Assembly (NCBI GenBank): GCA_963744645.1
Contig: CAVUUN010000021.1
Span: forward strand, 2,122 to 66,121
Reading direction: 5' to 3'
Source: an uncultured Acidobacteriota bacterium
GTDB lineage: Bacteria > Acidobacteriota > UBA6911 > RPQK01
Length of the DNA: 64,000 nucleotides
A program made the translations under genes and the position numbers. Positions 51,116 through 64,000 of the stretch are shown here, one piece after another; the stretch's first letter is position 1; every line of letters starts with the position of its first letter. The notes below the pieces were generated by a model. It was not told the origin of the DNA and did no database searches. It saw nothing but the letters and a program-made list of their open reading frames with translations.

Positions 51116-51802
51116 ATGAGCAAACATGTCGGTATCGTCGCTTGCAGTGCCGAAGGGGCCGCACTGTGTTACAGAACTCTCTGTCTCGAGGCCGAGGCCG
51201 TCATGGGCGAGCACAGACACCCGGAAGTGTCCATGCACACTTATCCGCTGGCTGATTACATGCCTCACATCCGCGCCGGACAATGGGACCAGGTGGCCGA
51301 GCTCATGCTCGGGTCGGCGCGCAAGCTCGCACAGATCGGTGCCGAGCTGGCAATCTGTCCGGACAACACCATCCACCAGGCTTTTGAAATGGTCCAGGCG
51401 CGATCACCTGTTCCCTGGCTGCATATTGCGGATTGTGTCGCCCAGGAGGCCAGGGGGCGCGGTTTTCAGCGACTCGGAATCATGGGCACGAAGTACCTCA
51501 TGACCGGGCCGGTGTACCCTGACGCCCTCAAGCGAGCGGGCATGAACTGGGAGATTCCGGATCGGGATGATCGCGAAGAGATCGACCGGATTATTTTCGA
51601 GGAACTGGTCAAGGGACAGTTGCTCGACGGCTCGCGTCAGTTCTTCAGAAATGTCGTCAGCAAACTGAAGGCGCGAGGCTGCGAGGCGGCAGTGCTCGGT
51701 TGCACGGAGATCCCACTCATCGTCGACCCGGCTGAGTGCCCTCTGCCGACTCTGGACTCGACCCGGTTACTGGCCCGCGCGGCACTCCGCGAGGCGGTCT
51801 AG
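51116..51802 (+). CDS. Aspartate/glutamate racemase family protein
   Basis: ICPDNTIH, LGIMGT..LM, VLGCTEIPL, DSTRLLA; AAGGAG RBS. Confidence 0.9.
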   Translation: MSKHVGIVACSAEGAALCYRTLCLEAEAVMGEHRHPEVSMHTYPLADYMPHIRAGQWDQVAELMLGSARKLAQIGAELAICPDNTIHQAFEMVQARSPVPWLHIADCVAQEARGRGFQRLGIMGTKYLMTGPVYPDALKRAGMNWEIPDRDDREEIDRIIFEELVKGQLLDGSRQFFRNVVSKLKARGCEAAVLGCTEIPLIVDPAECPLPTLDSTRLLARAALREAV

Positions 51803-51875
51803 GGACTTTTAGTGTGGCGCTCGCGCCGACGACTCGGTCACCCGCGCGCCGACTACATGCGATGGTGTTGCCGAG

Positions 51876-52005
51876 CAGAACCGCAAACGAAGCGTCTTCC
51901 AGCGCAGTGCGCGGATCGTATGCGCGAGTAGCCAGACCCAGCCGGGGGGTTGCTTCCGGTGACAATCCGCGCACTGCGCTGGAAGACGCTTCGTTTGCGG
52001 TTCTG
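51876..52005. repeat. 41-bp perfect inverted repeat with 48-bp spacer (REPIN-like)
   Basis: CAGAACCGCAAACGAAGCGTCTTCCAGCGCAGTGCGCGGAT at 51876-51916 and its exact complement at 51965-52005. Confidence 0.9.
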
Positions 52006-52129
52006 AACGTCTCGGTAAACCGCGCTGGACTGCAAGCGATGGAGTCGCGGGGCTGGACAGGCGAAATGCGCGGATTCTCACCGGAAGCAGGTCCAAAAAG
52101 CGGCCGGCTGGCCTTCGCAGGAGGTTGAA

Positions 52130-53245
52130 GTGAAATACGCTCTTAACAGCAGTTTCGGCCTGGTTATCTTCTTCGTGGTTGTTGCGTTTTCGAGCCAAAG
52201 GGCACCTGACCCGGGTCTGGATGCCAAGATCGGCCAGATGATCATGGTTGGGTTTCGGGGCCTGGAACTGAGAGACGACAATCCCGTCGTCGCGGATCTG
52301 GAGCAGAGGCAGGTGGGCGGCATCATTCTCTTCGACTACGACGTGCCGTCCAAGACCCCCGTCAGGAATATTTCCTCGGCCGAGCAGGTCCGAAAACTCA
52401 CGGCGGACCTGAAAAGCCGGGCACGCCTTCCCTTGATCATCGCAATCGATCAGGAAGGCGGCCGGGTGAACCGGCTCAAAGACCGTTTCGGATTTCCGCA
52501 GAACATTTCCGCAAAGGAGATGGCCGCGGGGCACGGAACAGAGCTGACTGAACGATACGCCGAGCAGACTGCAAAGTTGTTGTCGGAGCTCGGCATCAAC
52601 CTGAACTTCGCGCCGGTAGTCGACCTGAACACCAATCCGGACAATCCGGTGATCGGCAAGATCGAACGCAGTTTCTCGGCTGACCCCTCGATCGTGACCG
52701 CTCACGCCGAGGCGTGGATCGAGGCCCACCGGAAGCACGGCATCCTCTCGGCTCTGAAGCACTTCCCGGGGCACGGCAGCTCGCGCGCCGATTCTCACCT
52801 TGGATTCGTGGATGTCACCGAGAGCTGGAAACCGGTCGAACTTGAACCGTATCGATCTCTTATCGGGGATGGGCTTGTTGACATCGTCATGACCGCTCAC
52901 ATCTTCAATTCCCGCCTGGATCCGAAGTACCCGGCAACACTCTCAAAGGCGGTTGTCAGCGATCTCTTGCGGGGAGAGCTGAAGTATGACGGAGTAGTGG
53001 TTTCCGACGACATGCAGATGAAGGCGATATCGGGCCACTACGGGTTCGAGACGGCGGTCGAACAAGCGATCAACGCCGGGATCGACATGCTCGTGTTTGG
53101 GAACAACGCTGAAAGATTCGAGCCGGACATTGCCGAGCGGGCCGTTGCCGTCATCAAGAGTCTGGTCGCAAGCGGGCGGATTTCCAAGCAGCGGATCGAT
53201 GAATCCCACGCGCGCATCATGAAACTCAAGGCGAAAAGCCTGTGA
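52130..53245 (+). CDS. Glycoside hydrolase family 3, beta-N-acetylhexosaminidase (NagZ-like)
   Basis: IDQEGGRVNR, NFAPVVD, KHFPGHGS..DSH, MTAHI, SDDMQM. Confidence 0.92.
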   Translation: MKYALNSSFGLVIFFVVVAFSSQRAPDPGLDAKIGQMIMVGFRGLELRDDNPVVADLEQRQVGGIILFDYDVPSKTPVRNISSAEQVRKLTADLKSRARLPLIIAIDQEGGRVNRLKDRFGFPQNISAKEMAAGHGTELTERYAEQTAKLLSELGINLNFAPVVDLNTNPDNPVIGKIERSFSADPSIVTAHAEAWIEAHRKHGILSALKHFPGHGSSRADSHLGFVDVTESWKPVELEPYRSLIGDGLVDIVMTAHIFNSRLDPKYPATLSKAVVSDLLRGELKYDGVVVSDDMQMKAISGHYGFETAVEQAINAGIDMLVFGNNAERFEPDIAERAVAVIKSLVASGRISKQRIDESHARIMKLKAKSL

Positions 53246-53315
53246 TCCACGAACGAACACGAATACACACGAACAAGACCCTTCTTTTCTTGCTGGACAG
53301 GCTTTTCGCCTTCAC

Positions 53316-55748
<2,433 letters not shown>

Positions 55749-55842
55749 TCGCGTTCCTATAAATAAGACCGTTTATCGATTAGTCAAGCTTACGACAGGA
55801 GCCGAGTAACCACAAAAAGGCAGGGGATCGAGGGGAATTGGA

Positions 55843-56168
55843 GAGTTCGGGGAGTTTCGGGGAGTTTCGGGGACATAATACTTAATTCCCAACCAGTTAG
55901 CCCAAGTCTTTCCGGCTGCAAAGGAATTAAGTTTTGTGTCCCCGAAACCCGCTCCTGGTCGCACGGCCAACCTCTAGGCGAATTTCGGAATCTTGCCCCA
56001 GCTTGGCTCTAAATCCGACCCACTCCTGTTCGGAGTCTTGGGCGAATTTCGGGGATTTCGGGGGGATTTCGGGGACACAAAACTTAATTCCTTTGCCACC
56101 GGTGACCGCTCGGTAACTGGTTGGGAATTAAGTATTATGTCCCCGAAATTCCCCGAAATTCCCCGAAA
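55843..56168. repeat. Inverted pair of GGGGACA-family elements with tandem TTTCGGGGA tails
   Basis: 55843-55948 and 56044-56168 in opposite orientation; the interior of the first matches 47041-47130. Confidence 0.85.
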
Positions 56169-56178
56169 CCACCGGGAA

Positions 56179-58921
56179 TCAGCGGGTCGAGGGACGAGCC
56201 TGCCGGGCGTGCGGACGCGGCTCGCTTGCGATCTCGATCTCGTACCAGAGCGTCTGGTAGCTCTCGCCGATCTGAAACGCCGCCTTCCCGCCCGCGTCTC
56301 CAACCGGAACCTCGCCCTTCCGGTCCCCGCGCTCATCGAGCGCAAAAACCTTCACCCGCGCGGCCGGGTAAGGGAGGAAGATCTCGCACCCGATGCCCTC
56401 CGACAGAACCGGCGCCGTTCCCCAGCTGCCGAGCGTGATGTCGACGCCCGACGGCGGAGGGAATCCTGCGGCCGCCCGGCTTGGGTAAAGCAGGTAGGTC
56501 ATCCCGGTGTTCCACGACATCCCCTGCGCGCACAGCAGCATTCGCCGGGCGTTCGATGCAAGGTCTTGCCCCTGGGTGAGCGTCAGGCTGATGGCGGCCC
56601 AATTCTGCAGCGAGCGGGTGGGACGAAAGACGATGCCCGAAAGGTCGAACGTCTTTCCGACCGTGTATCCGACAACCGATTTCGTTCTCGGGGTGTCGAC
56701 GGTCAGGGTTCCCCGCGCGCTGTTCCCAACTCAGCTCGCCGGTGTCGGAATCCATCGGCTGCATGATAGTGGGGGCTCCAGGAGGCATGGACGGGGGAAC
56801 GGCCTCCGGCGGCAGTTGGACTCCTTCGGTGGCGAGAGTGACCGGAATACAAGGGGATGCGCAAGCGGCCATTTGTTCGAGATTCCGACATCAGTGCCAT
56901 CAATCAGTCGCCAGGACCCGGCCGAAGGCAGCAGGTCGAGCTCCTTTTCCTTGCCCATCGAGACACCGATCAGGGTGTTTGCCGCGCGCACGTCTCCCCG
57001 CCTGAAAATATTGGCGGCGATCAACAGGTTCATGAATTTCCCCGGGTGCCTGTCGAGATCGAAGTACCCGTCCTGGAGGTCCTCACTCCAGTTCCTGCTG
57101 CTGTCCGCGTATGTGTAGCCGAAGATGCCATCCCAATCCTGCAGAGCGGCATAGGCGGAGAGAATCAAAAAGGTCTCGGCGTCGAAAGTGATGGGACCGG
57201 GATGGTTGTATTCGGTGACGATGAACGGTTTCCCGTAGACGCGCTTGCATGCCAGCCCGCCGATCGTCCCGGAGAATCTTTAAGCATGCTGAGTTCCCGA
57301 TCCACCAGGGGCCCACCCCAGGAAATCTCGAACGACGGGTGGTGCCAATACGCGTGCGAATCGATCACGTCCATCTGTGCCATCAGGTTGGGCGTGCTGT
57401 TGCCGACCACCGTCCCGACGATCGGCGCCTTCGTCCCCAGGTCGTTTTTGACGTAATTGCGAATCTCGTTCCAGTACTTTTCCTCCAGGTTCCAGAGGAA
57501 CTCGACCCAGTCACGTTGCGCGACCTGGTTCCGGTTGGCCGCCTCGTTCTTGGTGATGATGCGCATCGTCCCGGCGTCCAGGTTTTCATCGGCAAAGACG
57601 CCCATGGAGCCGCCCGGCGTCAGGGAGAAATCCGCGAACCAGAAGGTGTTCAGGGAAGTGCACATCCGGCCGAAATTGAGACGGGCGTTCGTGTCCGAGC
57701 CGGTCAGGAGAAAGACGTACTCAAATTGTTGCCAGGAGGTAGTCAGCGGAACGTCCCGTGAAAAGCCGAGACCCTGCCAGGGATCGTGGGCCTGCCCGAC
57801 GCCTACCTGGATGGTCGCCGGGCGTCTGCGCCTTGGCACGAAACCGGAGAGTGTAAACCGTCCCAGTCGAGACGTTCAAACCGCCTTGGTTCAGCTGGAT
57901 GTGCCAGTCCACGGCGCTGGTGTTGCGTCACCTGCATGCGCAAGGCTGGAATGCACCCCGGCCCATCGTTGGCGACGGACGCAGTGGCTCTCGCATTCTC
58001 GTGCTGCTCAAGATTCCACGATGACAGACCCGTAGTAGAACCCTGGTTCAAGAGCATTTGAGCGCCTGGCGGCGTGGATCGTCGCCCAACCGGCCGAGCA
58101 GGGCGCTGTGATTGGCGTACCTGGATTTCAGGAAGGTGTTCCAGTAGCCTCGCAATTGGTCCAAGAACACGCCCGGGAGGCGGTCGATCATCCCGGCGTG
58201 CCACCCGTGAAGCAATCCATGCTCGTTGCAGATCTCGACCAGAGCGAGTGCCGGGTCCTCGGCGTAAGTGAGTCCCGTGTACGGGTTGCGGTGGCCCAGA
58301 AGTTGCCGGGCGAACTCCTTCTGGAGCGCGATCATCGCCGGGTCGAACATGGCGGGCGACTGCTGGTCCTTCCATTCCATGGAATCGATCGCCGGATCCA
58401 GCCCGTCCGACGAACTGAAGTCCCTGCCGGTGAGGAGATTCAGGTCCGAGTAGACTCCGTTCTTCTTCAGCTCAGCGAAGAAGTAATCGAGCTTGTCCAT
58501 GGCTGGACTCGCTCAAGTGCCGGGTGCCGCCCGGTCGTGAGGTCGAAAATCGTCAGGTCGGTCACGCCTGCCTGCGCTCCCAGTACGCGTCCATCAGGTG
58601 GAAACGCACAGCATTGATGCCGAATTTGGACAGTCTGCGGGCGATTTTTTCCGCGTCTGCGTGTTGGGGAAAGCAGGAGGCGTTCGAGAAGTTGACGCCG
58701 AGCAGCCTGATCCTTTCAGGTCCGACGTAGAGGTGGCCGTCGGCGCCGGCCGTAACCGGCCCGAGCACGCCTGCCGGCATGTGGTTCAGATGAGTGTTCG
58801 TCACGTTTGACGAGAAATCGTCCCAGGGGAGATTGAAAGGGAATTGCGCGGCACAAACGCCGATGGCTAAAAAGAAAACGAGTGAGACACAAACCGTAGC
58901 TCGGCGCGTATTGGCTAACAT
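56179..58921 (-). CDS. Secreted clan GH-A (GH5-like) glycoside hydrolase with inserted CBM4/9-like domain; multiple frameshifts
   Basis: Stitched: RLLGVNF...KFGINAVRFHLMD; LDYFFAELKKNGVYSDLNL; HRNPYTG..YAEDPALALVEICNE; W+L+Q...YTLRFRAKA; HAYWHHP; KPFIVTEYN; YAALQDWDGI. Confidence 0.7.
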
Positions 58922-59072
58922 GACAGCTCCCCCTCAAAGTTGCGGCGATGCTATCAAAGGCAATTTTGAAGATACAACGGTAAAAGACGAACTGCTAACG
59001 TCGCTTCGACCGCTTGGGATAAGATAAATTCGGACGCGCGATGGGGGCGCGGTTTCAAGGAGAAATGCACAG

Positions 59073-60500
59073 ATGAAAAACGGGTCGGGAGACAATTCGA
59101 TTTCGCGCCGCGATTTCGTGAAAGCGGGAGCGGCAGTGGCGGCGGGTATCAGCGTGGTTCCGCGGCACGTCCTGGGCCGTGGTTTCCAGGCGCCAAGCGA
59201 CAAGCTGAACGTGGCCACCATCGGGGCAGGCGGGCAGGGACAGGTCGACACCAGAGGCTTTCTGGAGTTTCCGGAAGTCCAGGTCATAGCGGTCTGCGAC
59301 GTGCGAAAAGAGGCCGATTATTCGAAATTCTACTTCCGCGTGCCCTCGGGTCGTGAAGTGGTGAAGGGAATCGTGGAGAAGCACTATGCCGCGGAGAAGG
59401 CATCCGGGCAGTACAAGGGCTGCAATTCCTACGTGGATTTCCGGGAGATGCTGGAGAAGGAGTCGGGCATCGACGCGGTGATCGTCGCCACCACTGACAA
59501 TCTCCACGCGCTGGCCTCGCTCGAAGCGATCAAGCGTGGGAAGCACGTCTACTGCGAGAAGCCGCTGACACACGACATTTACGAGGCACGCATCCTTCGC
59601 CAGGCGGCGAAGAAGCACAACGTGAAAACCCAGATGGGAAACCACGCCCACTCTACCGAGTACATCCGGTTGCTGGTGGAATGGGTTCAGGACGGCGCGA
59701 TCGGGGACGTCACCGAAGTCCACTCCTGGACCAACCGCCCGATGTGGCCGCAAGGTATCGAACGGCCGGCTGAGCAGCCGGTTCCGGAGGGGTTGGACTG
59801 GGACCGTTGGATCGGCCCTGCGCCTTTCCGGCCCTACAACGAGATTTACGCGCCGTTCAACTGGCGCGGCTGGTGGGATTTCGGCAGCGGCGCCCTCGGC
59901 GACATGGGCTGCCACATCATGGATATGCCCGTCTGGGCCCTGGAGCTTGGGTATCCCACTGCCGTCCAGGCCAGTTTCTCCCCGTTCCCGAAAGATGAAT
60001 CCGGTCCCGCCGCATCACTCGTGACGTACGAGTTCCCGGCTCGTGGCAACAAGCCGCCTGTCACCTACAAGTGGTACGACGGCGGGCTGATGCCGCCCCG
60101 GCCCAAGGAACTGGAAGCTGGAAAGAGGATGCCGGGCACCGGTTCGCTGCTCTTCGGAAGCAAGGGCGTGATCATGGCGGACGAAGGCGGTACCGGCCGG
60201 ATTATCCCGGAGACGGCCATGCAGGCGTACAAGCGGCCCGAGAAGCGGATCAAACGCGTCAAGGGACATTACGAGGATTTTGTCCGTGGCGCACTGGGCG
60301 GCGATATGCCCAGCTCCAACTTCGACGTCGCCGGCCCGCTGACGGAAATCGTTCTGTTGGGCAACCTCGCCATTCGCTCCGGGCGGAACGTCCGACTGGA
60401 ATGGGACGGCCCGAATATGACGGTGACCAATGTCGCCGAAGCCAACCAGTACGTCAAGCGGCAGTACCGCGACGGCTGGAAGCTGGATTTCGAGTCGTAG
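59073..60500 (+). CDS. Gfo/Idh/MocA oxidoreductase with Tat signal
   Basis: ISRRDFV, VATIGAGGQG, YCEKPLTH, WRGWWDFGSGALGDMGCH. Confidence 0.93.
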   Translation: MKNGSGDNSISRRDFVKAGAAVAAGISVVPRHVLGRGFQAPSDKLNVATIGAGGQGQVDTRGFLEFPEVQVIAVCDVRKEADYSKFYFRVPSGREVVKGIVEKHYAAEKASGQYKGCNSYVDFREMLEKESGIDAVIVATTDNLHALASLEAIKRGKHVYCEKPLTHDIYEARILRQAAKKHNVKTQMGNHAHSTEYIRLLVEWVQDGAIGDVTEVHSWTNRPMWPQGIERPAEQPVPEGLDWDRWIGPAPFRPYNEIYAPFNWRGWWDFGSGALGDMGCHIMDMPVWALELGYPTAVQASFSPFPKDESGPAASLVTYEFPARGNKPPVTYKWYDGGLMPPRPKELEAGKRMPGTGSLLFGSKGVIMADEGGTGRIIPETAMQAYKRPEKRIKRVKGHYEDFVRGALGGDMPSSNFDVAGPLTEIVLLGNLAIRSGRNVRLEWDGPNMTVTNVAEANQYVKRQYRDGWKLDFES

Positions 60501-61431
60501 GACGAAAGCAGGCGGCACAAGCGCAGTCCCGCTGGAGCGGGCAGAAAAGCGGCGGATTCTGAAAGCGAATCCGCCTACGACAATTGCACGACCGTGAGCG
60601 GTCGTCGGGCGGATTCGCTTCAGATCCGTCGCTTTCTATCCGTTGGCTGCTCCTTGTTGCCCTTTCCTTCGTCCCCGGAAACGAGTCCCCCAGCAAGATC
60701 TCGAGCGCGCAGTTGGCGACGGTCAGGCCGAATATACCGGTCAGCGTGGGCAGGCTCCCGATCGTTGACCGCTTCCGACCCCTTTGGTAAGTGTCTTCCG
60801 CCGCGTCCCCCTCCTGCGATACTGCTCCCTCCGGCAAATCCGTCAGGGGTTCGATCGAGTACACGCAGGGAAACTCCAGACTCGCATTCCGCCGCCTCAG
60901 CTCCTTGCGTATTCTTCGCCCCAGTGGACACTGGGTGACCTTCCGGAGCGGGCTGACGCGGACGGCTGTGGGGTCCGTACGTAAGGCCGCTCCCATGCTC
61001 GAGACGACCCGAAGGCCGCGCCTCGAAGCCGCGGCCAGTAACTCGATTTTCGGCCCCACTGAATCAATTGCATCAATGAGCAGGTCCGATCGCTCGTCCA
61101 GAACAGTGTCAAGATTATCCCGGTGAACGAAGAGCTGGCGAGCGTCTACCTGACAGCCCGGGTGAATGGCGAGCACGCGTTCGCTGGCAACCTCCGCCTT
61201 GGGCCGTCCAAGCGTCGCGTGAGTCGCTAAAATCTGACGGTTCAGGTTGCTCTCCCGGAGGACATCGAAATCGATCAGCGTCAGGCGTCCGACTCCGGCG
61301 CGGGCCAAAGCCTCGACCGCATAGCCGCCTACGGCGCCGAGGCCGATCACCATGACGGTTGAATCGTGGAGCTTCCGGAGTCCCTCCGCCCCCACCAGCC
61401 GCTCTATTCGCGAGAACTGACCGTCAGGCAT
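60454..61431 (-). CDS. tcdA: tRNA threonylcarbamoyladenosine dehydratase (ThiF family); true 3' end probably earlier
   Basis: RIERLVG..GL..L..STVMVIGLGAVGGYAVEALARAGVG, SNLNRQ, IDAID, SSMGAA, GSLPTLTGIFG. Confidence 0.88.
   Translation of the reverse strand: MPDGQFSRIERLVGAEGLRKLHDSTVMVIGLGAVGGYAVEALARAGVGRLTLIDFDVLRESNLNRQILATHATLGRPKAEVASERVLAIHPGCQVDARQLFVHRDNLDTVLDERSDLLIDAIDSVGPKIELLAAASRRGLRVVSSMGAALRTDPTAVRVSPLRKVTQCPLGRRIRKELRRRNASLEFPCVYSIEPLTDLPEGAVSQEGDAAEDTYQRGRKRSTIGSLPTLTGIFGLTVANCALEILLGDSFPGTKERATRSSQRIESDGSEANPPDDRSRSCNCRRRIRFQNPPLFCPLQRDCACAACFRPTTRNPASSRRGTAA
60551..60575. terminator. Hairpin GGCGGATTC-N7-GAATCCGCC between convergent genes
   Basis: 9-bp stem 50 nt after the oxidoreductase stop; lacks a clear U-tract. 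Confidence 0.4.
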
Positions 61432-61464
61432 TGCTTTTCATCCATACATGTTGCCGGTTGGCTG

Positions 61465-61571
61465 GTGTGGGTCCGACTTCCCAGTCGGACCTGGTCCCAC
61501 TTGGAAGTGGGACCCACACACGATCGGACCTCGGCTGGCGGTTCGGGGTAGATCCGACTTCCCAGTCGGAC
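61465..61571. repeat. Palindromic REP cluster (GTCCGACT-TCCC-AGTCGGAC twice, GGTCCCACTT-GG-AAGTGGGACC)
   Basis: Hairpins at 61471-61490, 61493-61514 and 61553-61570. Confidence 0.8.
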
Positions 61572-61611
61572 TTGCGCCGGGCATTTTGCCCGTCATGGTG
61601 GGATTCGTTTT

Positions 61612-62439
61612 TCAGAATCCGCCGCCTTTCCGCCCGGTTGGCAATCCCAGCAGCTGTCCGGCATTCCTCCATACGGTCCCTGCCAGATGTTCGACATCCT
61701 CGCGCCGCAACTGGGCAACTTGAACGACGATTCTCGCAAGGTTGGCCGGCTCATTACGGATCCATCCGTCCTCGCCTGTCGTGAAATGCACGAGGTGTTC
61801 CCGAGGCGCCGCCAGGTCCGGGGAGTCGGTTTCCAGAAGCAGCCGGTCCTCCGGCATCGAGACGAGCGAGCGTCGCATTCTTGCTTTCCTCTCGTCCAGC
61901 ACATTTCCGGCAAACGAGAAGAAGGCGCCCATCCGGCTCAGCGGCTCGATCAGCTCGGGCGGGCCCCCGTATGCGTGAAGAAGAAACGGCCGGGTGAGCT
62001 TGTAGTGCCCGAGGACCTCAAGCAGCCAGCCCCAGGCCTTGAGGCAGTGGATCATGGCCGGCCTCTCGAGATCCCGGGCGATCTCGAGTTGCGCGCGGAA
62101 GAGCTCTTCCTGCACCTTTTCATCCCGGTCGGGTTTCCACCGATCGAGCCCGATTTCCCCGACGCATGCCGCCGGGTGTCTTTGAAGGAGGGCGATCAGT
62201 CTTTCCCTCCAGTCCTCCGAACGACGGGCCAGGTACCAGGGATGAATGCCGAAGCAGGGGATGACCTCCGGGTAGCGAGCCGCCAAGTCGGCGACTTCTT
62301 CCCAGTCTCTCTCCGACGTCGCATTGCAGACAACTGCCCGAACACCGGCTTGCCGCGCCCGTTCGAACATCTCGTCGCGGTCCTGGGCGAAGCTCGGATG
62401 CTGAAGATGACAATGACAATCGATCAGTGAGTAGTCCAA
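61612..62439 (-). CDS. TatD family hydrolase
   Basis: IDCHCHL, FGIHPW, VGEIGLD, MIHC, LLHAY, LLETDSPD, NEPAN. Confidence 0.93.
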   Translation of the reverse strand: MDYSLIDCHCHLQHPSFAQDRDEMFERARQAGVRAVVCNATSERDWEEVADLAARYPEVIPCFGIHPWYLARRSEDWRERLIALLQRHPAACVGEIGLDRWKPDRDEKVQEELFRAQLEIARDLERPAMIHCLKAWGWLLEVLGHYKLTRPFLLHAYGGPPELIEPLSRMGAFFSFAGNVLDERKARMRRSLVSMPEDRLLLETDSPDLAAPREHLVHFTTGEDGWIRNEPANLARIVVQVAQLRREDVEHLAGTVWRNAGQLLGLPTGRKGGGF

Positions 62440-62485
62440 TCCCGCCCCTGCCTGACTTCTAATTTCCCGAAGGATATCACCGCTT

Positions 62486-63856
62486 CTAACGGATCTTGAC
62501 GGCTTTGAACTCCCGCACGTCCATCAGGTTGAAAATCAGGCCTGTCACTTCGCCCCCCGCATTGACCTCGAAGGTGATCTTTACGGGCGATCCTGGAATC
62601 GCAAAAATCGTTGGAGATTCAGCCAGAAGCGGCGCTTTACCCTGGATGCTCTCTCCCATGAGTTTGCCGTTCTCCAGTGTGATTTTGAAGACCTTGCCGC
62701 TGTTGTCGATGATCACCTGCGGCGCATGCAGCTCGTAGTCGCCCGCGTAACGCGCGAGGATCTTGGGGTCCACCTCGATGTCCGAAAAGGGCTGTGCGGG
62801 TTTCATGACATCGTCGAGATAGATCTCTGCAATCTTGCGGGCGAGATCGGTCGCGGTTGGGAGAGGACCGGGCGGGCGCATGCCCACGTTGGACAGGACG
62901 ATGACCGAAAACTTCTGGTCGGGATAGCGGGCGATGTATGTATTGAAGCCGTTGATGTCGCCTCCATGGCCAATCTCACGGACTCCTCTGACTTCCGAGA
63001 TCATCCATCCGCAACCGTACCTGGCTTGCCGCCCGCTCGTCAGGGTCACCGGTTTGAATGCCCGCTCGATGGAGGCCGGCTTCAGGATTCTGTCCCCATA
63101 GAGCGCCTGGTCCCAGCGCGCCATGTCTTCAATCGTGGAGTAGAGGGCGCCGGCTGAAAACACCCCTTTCATTTCCTGGTAGGGCGCATTCACGTAGGTC
63201 CGGCTGCCCGGATCGAACAGGTAACCGGACGCCCGGTTCTTCAGGATTGTCTCGTGATGATCGTAGCCCGAATCTTTCATGCCGAGCGGGTCGAAAATAT
63301 TCTCCTTGAGATAGGCTTCATAGCTCTTACCGGAGACCTTCTCGATAATGAGGCCCAGCATGACGTAGCCCGTGTTTGAATAGTTCATCCGCTCGCCCGG
63401 AGCGCACTCCTGAGGCACCTTTTTCGCTTCCTCGTAACTGATGAAGTCCGGGATTCCGGCAGTGTGGGTGAGCAGGTGGTAAACCGTGATTTTGTCCCCG
63501 TTCGGGAAGTCGGGAAGGTATTTCGCAATTGGACTGTCGACGTCCAGGAGGCCTCGATCGTGCAGTTGCAGGATCGCGGCTGCTGTGAACTGCTTGGTGA
63601 CTGACGCCAGGCGGAACCTGGTGTCGAGGGCAACCGGAACCCCGAGCTCGAGGTTCGCGGTCCCGTAAGCCTGCTTGTACACCATCTGCCCGTCCTTGAG
63701 GATGATCACCGCAGCCCCGGGAGCCTGCGGGCCCGCGCCGGAGAAAAGCGCGTCGACACGCGCTTCTCGTCCGTTAGCGGTAATGGACGGGGCCAGGACA
63801 GAGATGAGTGCAAGGCAGGTAATGGCGATAAAGCAAAAACGGATCCTTGTGCGCAT
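62486..63856 (-). CDS. Serine hydrolase (beta-lactamase class C-like) with small C-terminal domain
   Basis: Signal peptide, FRLASVTK (SxxK), YSNTGY, HGGDING. Confidence 0.9.
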   Translation of the reverse strand: MRTRIRFCFIAITCLALISVLAPSITANGREARVDALFSGAGPQAPGAAVIILKDGQMVYKQAYGTANLELGVPVALDTRFRLASVTKQFTAAAILQLHDRGLLDVDSPIAKYLPDFPNGDKITVYHLLTHTAGIPDFISYEEAKKVPQECAPGERMNYSNTGYVMLGLIIEKVSGKSYEAYLKENIFDPLGMKDSGYDHHETILKNRASGYLFDPGSRTYVNAPYQEMKGVFSAGALYSTIEDMARWDQALYGDRILKPASIERAFKPVTLTSGRQARYGCGWMISEVRGVREIGHGGDINGFNTYIARYPDQKFSVIVLSNVGMRPPGPLPTATDLARKIAEIYLDDVMKPAQPFSDIEVDPKILARYAGDYELHAPQVIIDNSGKVFKITLENGKLMGESIQGKAPLLAESPTIFAIPGSPVKITFEVNAGGEVTGLIFNLMDVREFKAVKIR

Positions 63857-63935
63857 GTGACCTCCGATCAGCATCGCTGACCAATACGCGCGAGACTTAT
63901 CACAGGTTCGGCGCCGGTGAAAGAAGTTTGGAGCG

Positions 63936-63970
63936 ACTGCGCACTGCACACTGCACGCTGCACACTGCAC
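63936..63970 (+). repeat. Heptamer microsatellite (ACTGCAC)x5, imperfect
   Basis: ACTGCGC ACTGCAC ACTGCAC GCTGCAC ACTGCAC. Confidence 0.85.
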
Positions 63971-64000
63971 CCACCCACTCACTCGACGCTGGGCCGGCTT

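Noticed and set aside
60454-60690. C-terminal Cys-containing extension of TcdA
   Set aside because: It runs through an intergenic hairpin and overlaps the convergent gene by 47 bp; more likely a lost stop or indel than a real domain.

Overview
GC-rich bacterial chromosomal window. The gene repertoire looks Acidobacteriota-like (carboxypeptidase-domain TonB receptor, PadR plus duplicated-MacB permease, many Tat-exported enzymes); this taxonomy is an inference. Highlights: (1) an hgcA-hgcB mercury-methylation pair at 31084-32430 with both diagnostic motifs. (2) A tRNA-Pro(TGG) at 630-706 whose 3' 49 bp recur at 4822-4870, bracketing a ~4.1 kb integrase-less cassette (HTH-M78 peptidase, DUF4411 PIN protein, DUF2254-like membrane protein). 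A diverged copy of the same ~260-bp leader follows each att core, suggesting tandem cassette accretion. (3) A RAYT-like HUH transposase flanked by G-rich, non-hairpin end repeats. (4) A dense set of REP/REPIN, MITE and 7-8-mer microsatellite families, including a three-level nested insertion next to hgcB. The rest is housekeeping and carbohydrate metabolism (lon, pgi, pyruvate kinase-like, bfr, tcdA, TatD, GH3, GH88/105, GH50-like, GH5-like, Gfo/Idh/MocA). At least a dozen genes carry single-base frameshifts, most likely uncorrected long-read errors, so coordinates of those genes are reconstructed by eye. No database search was run; family names come from motif recognition.
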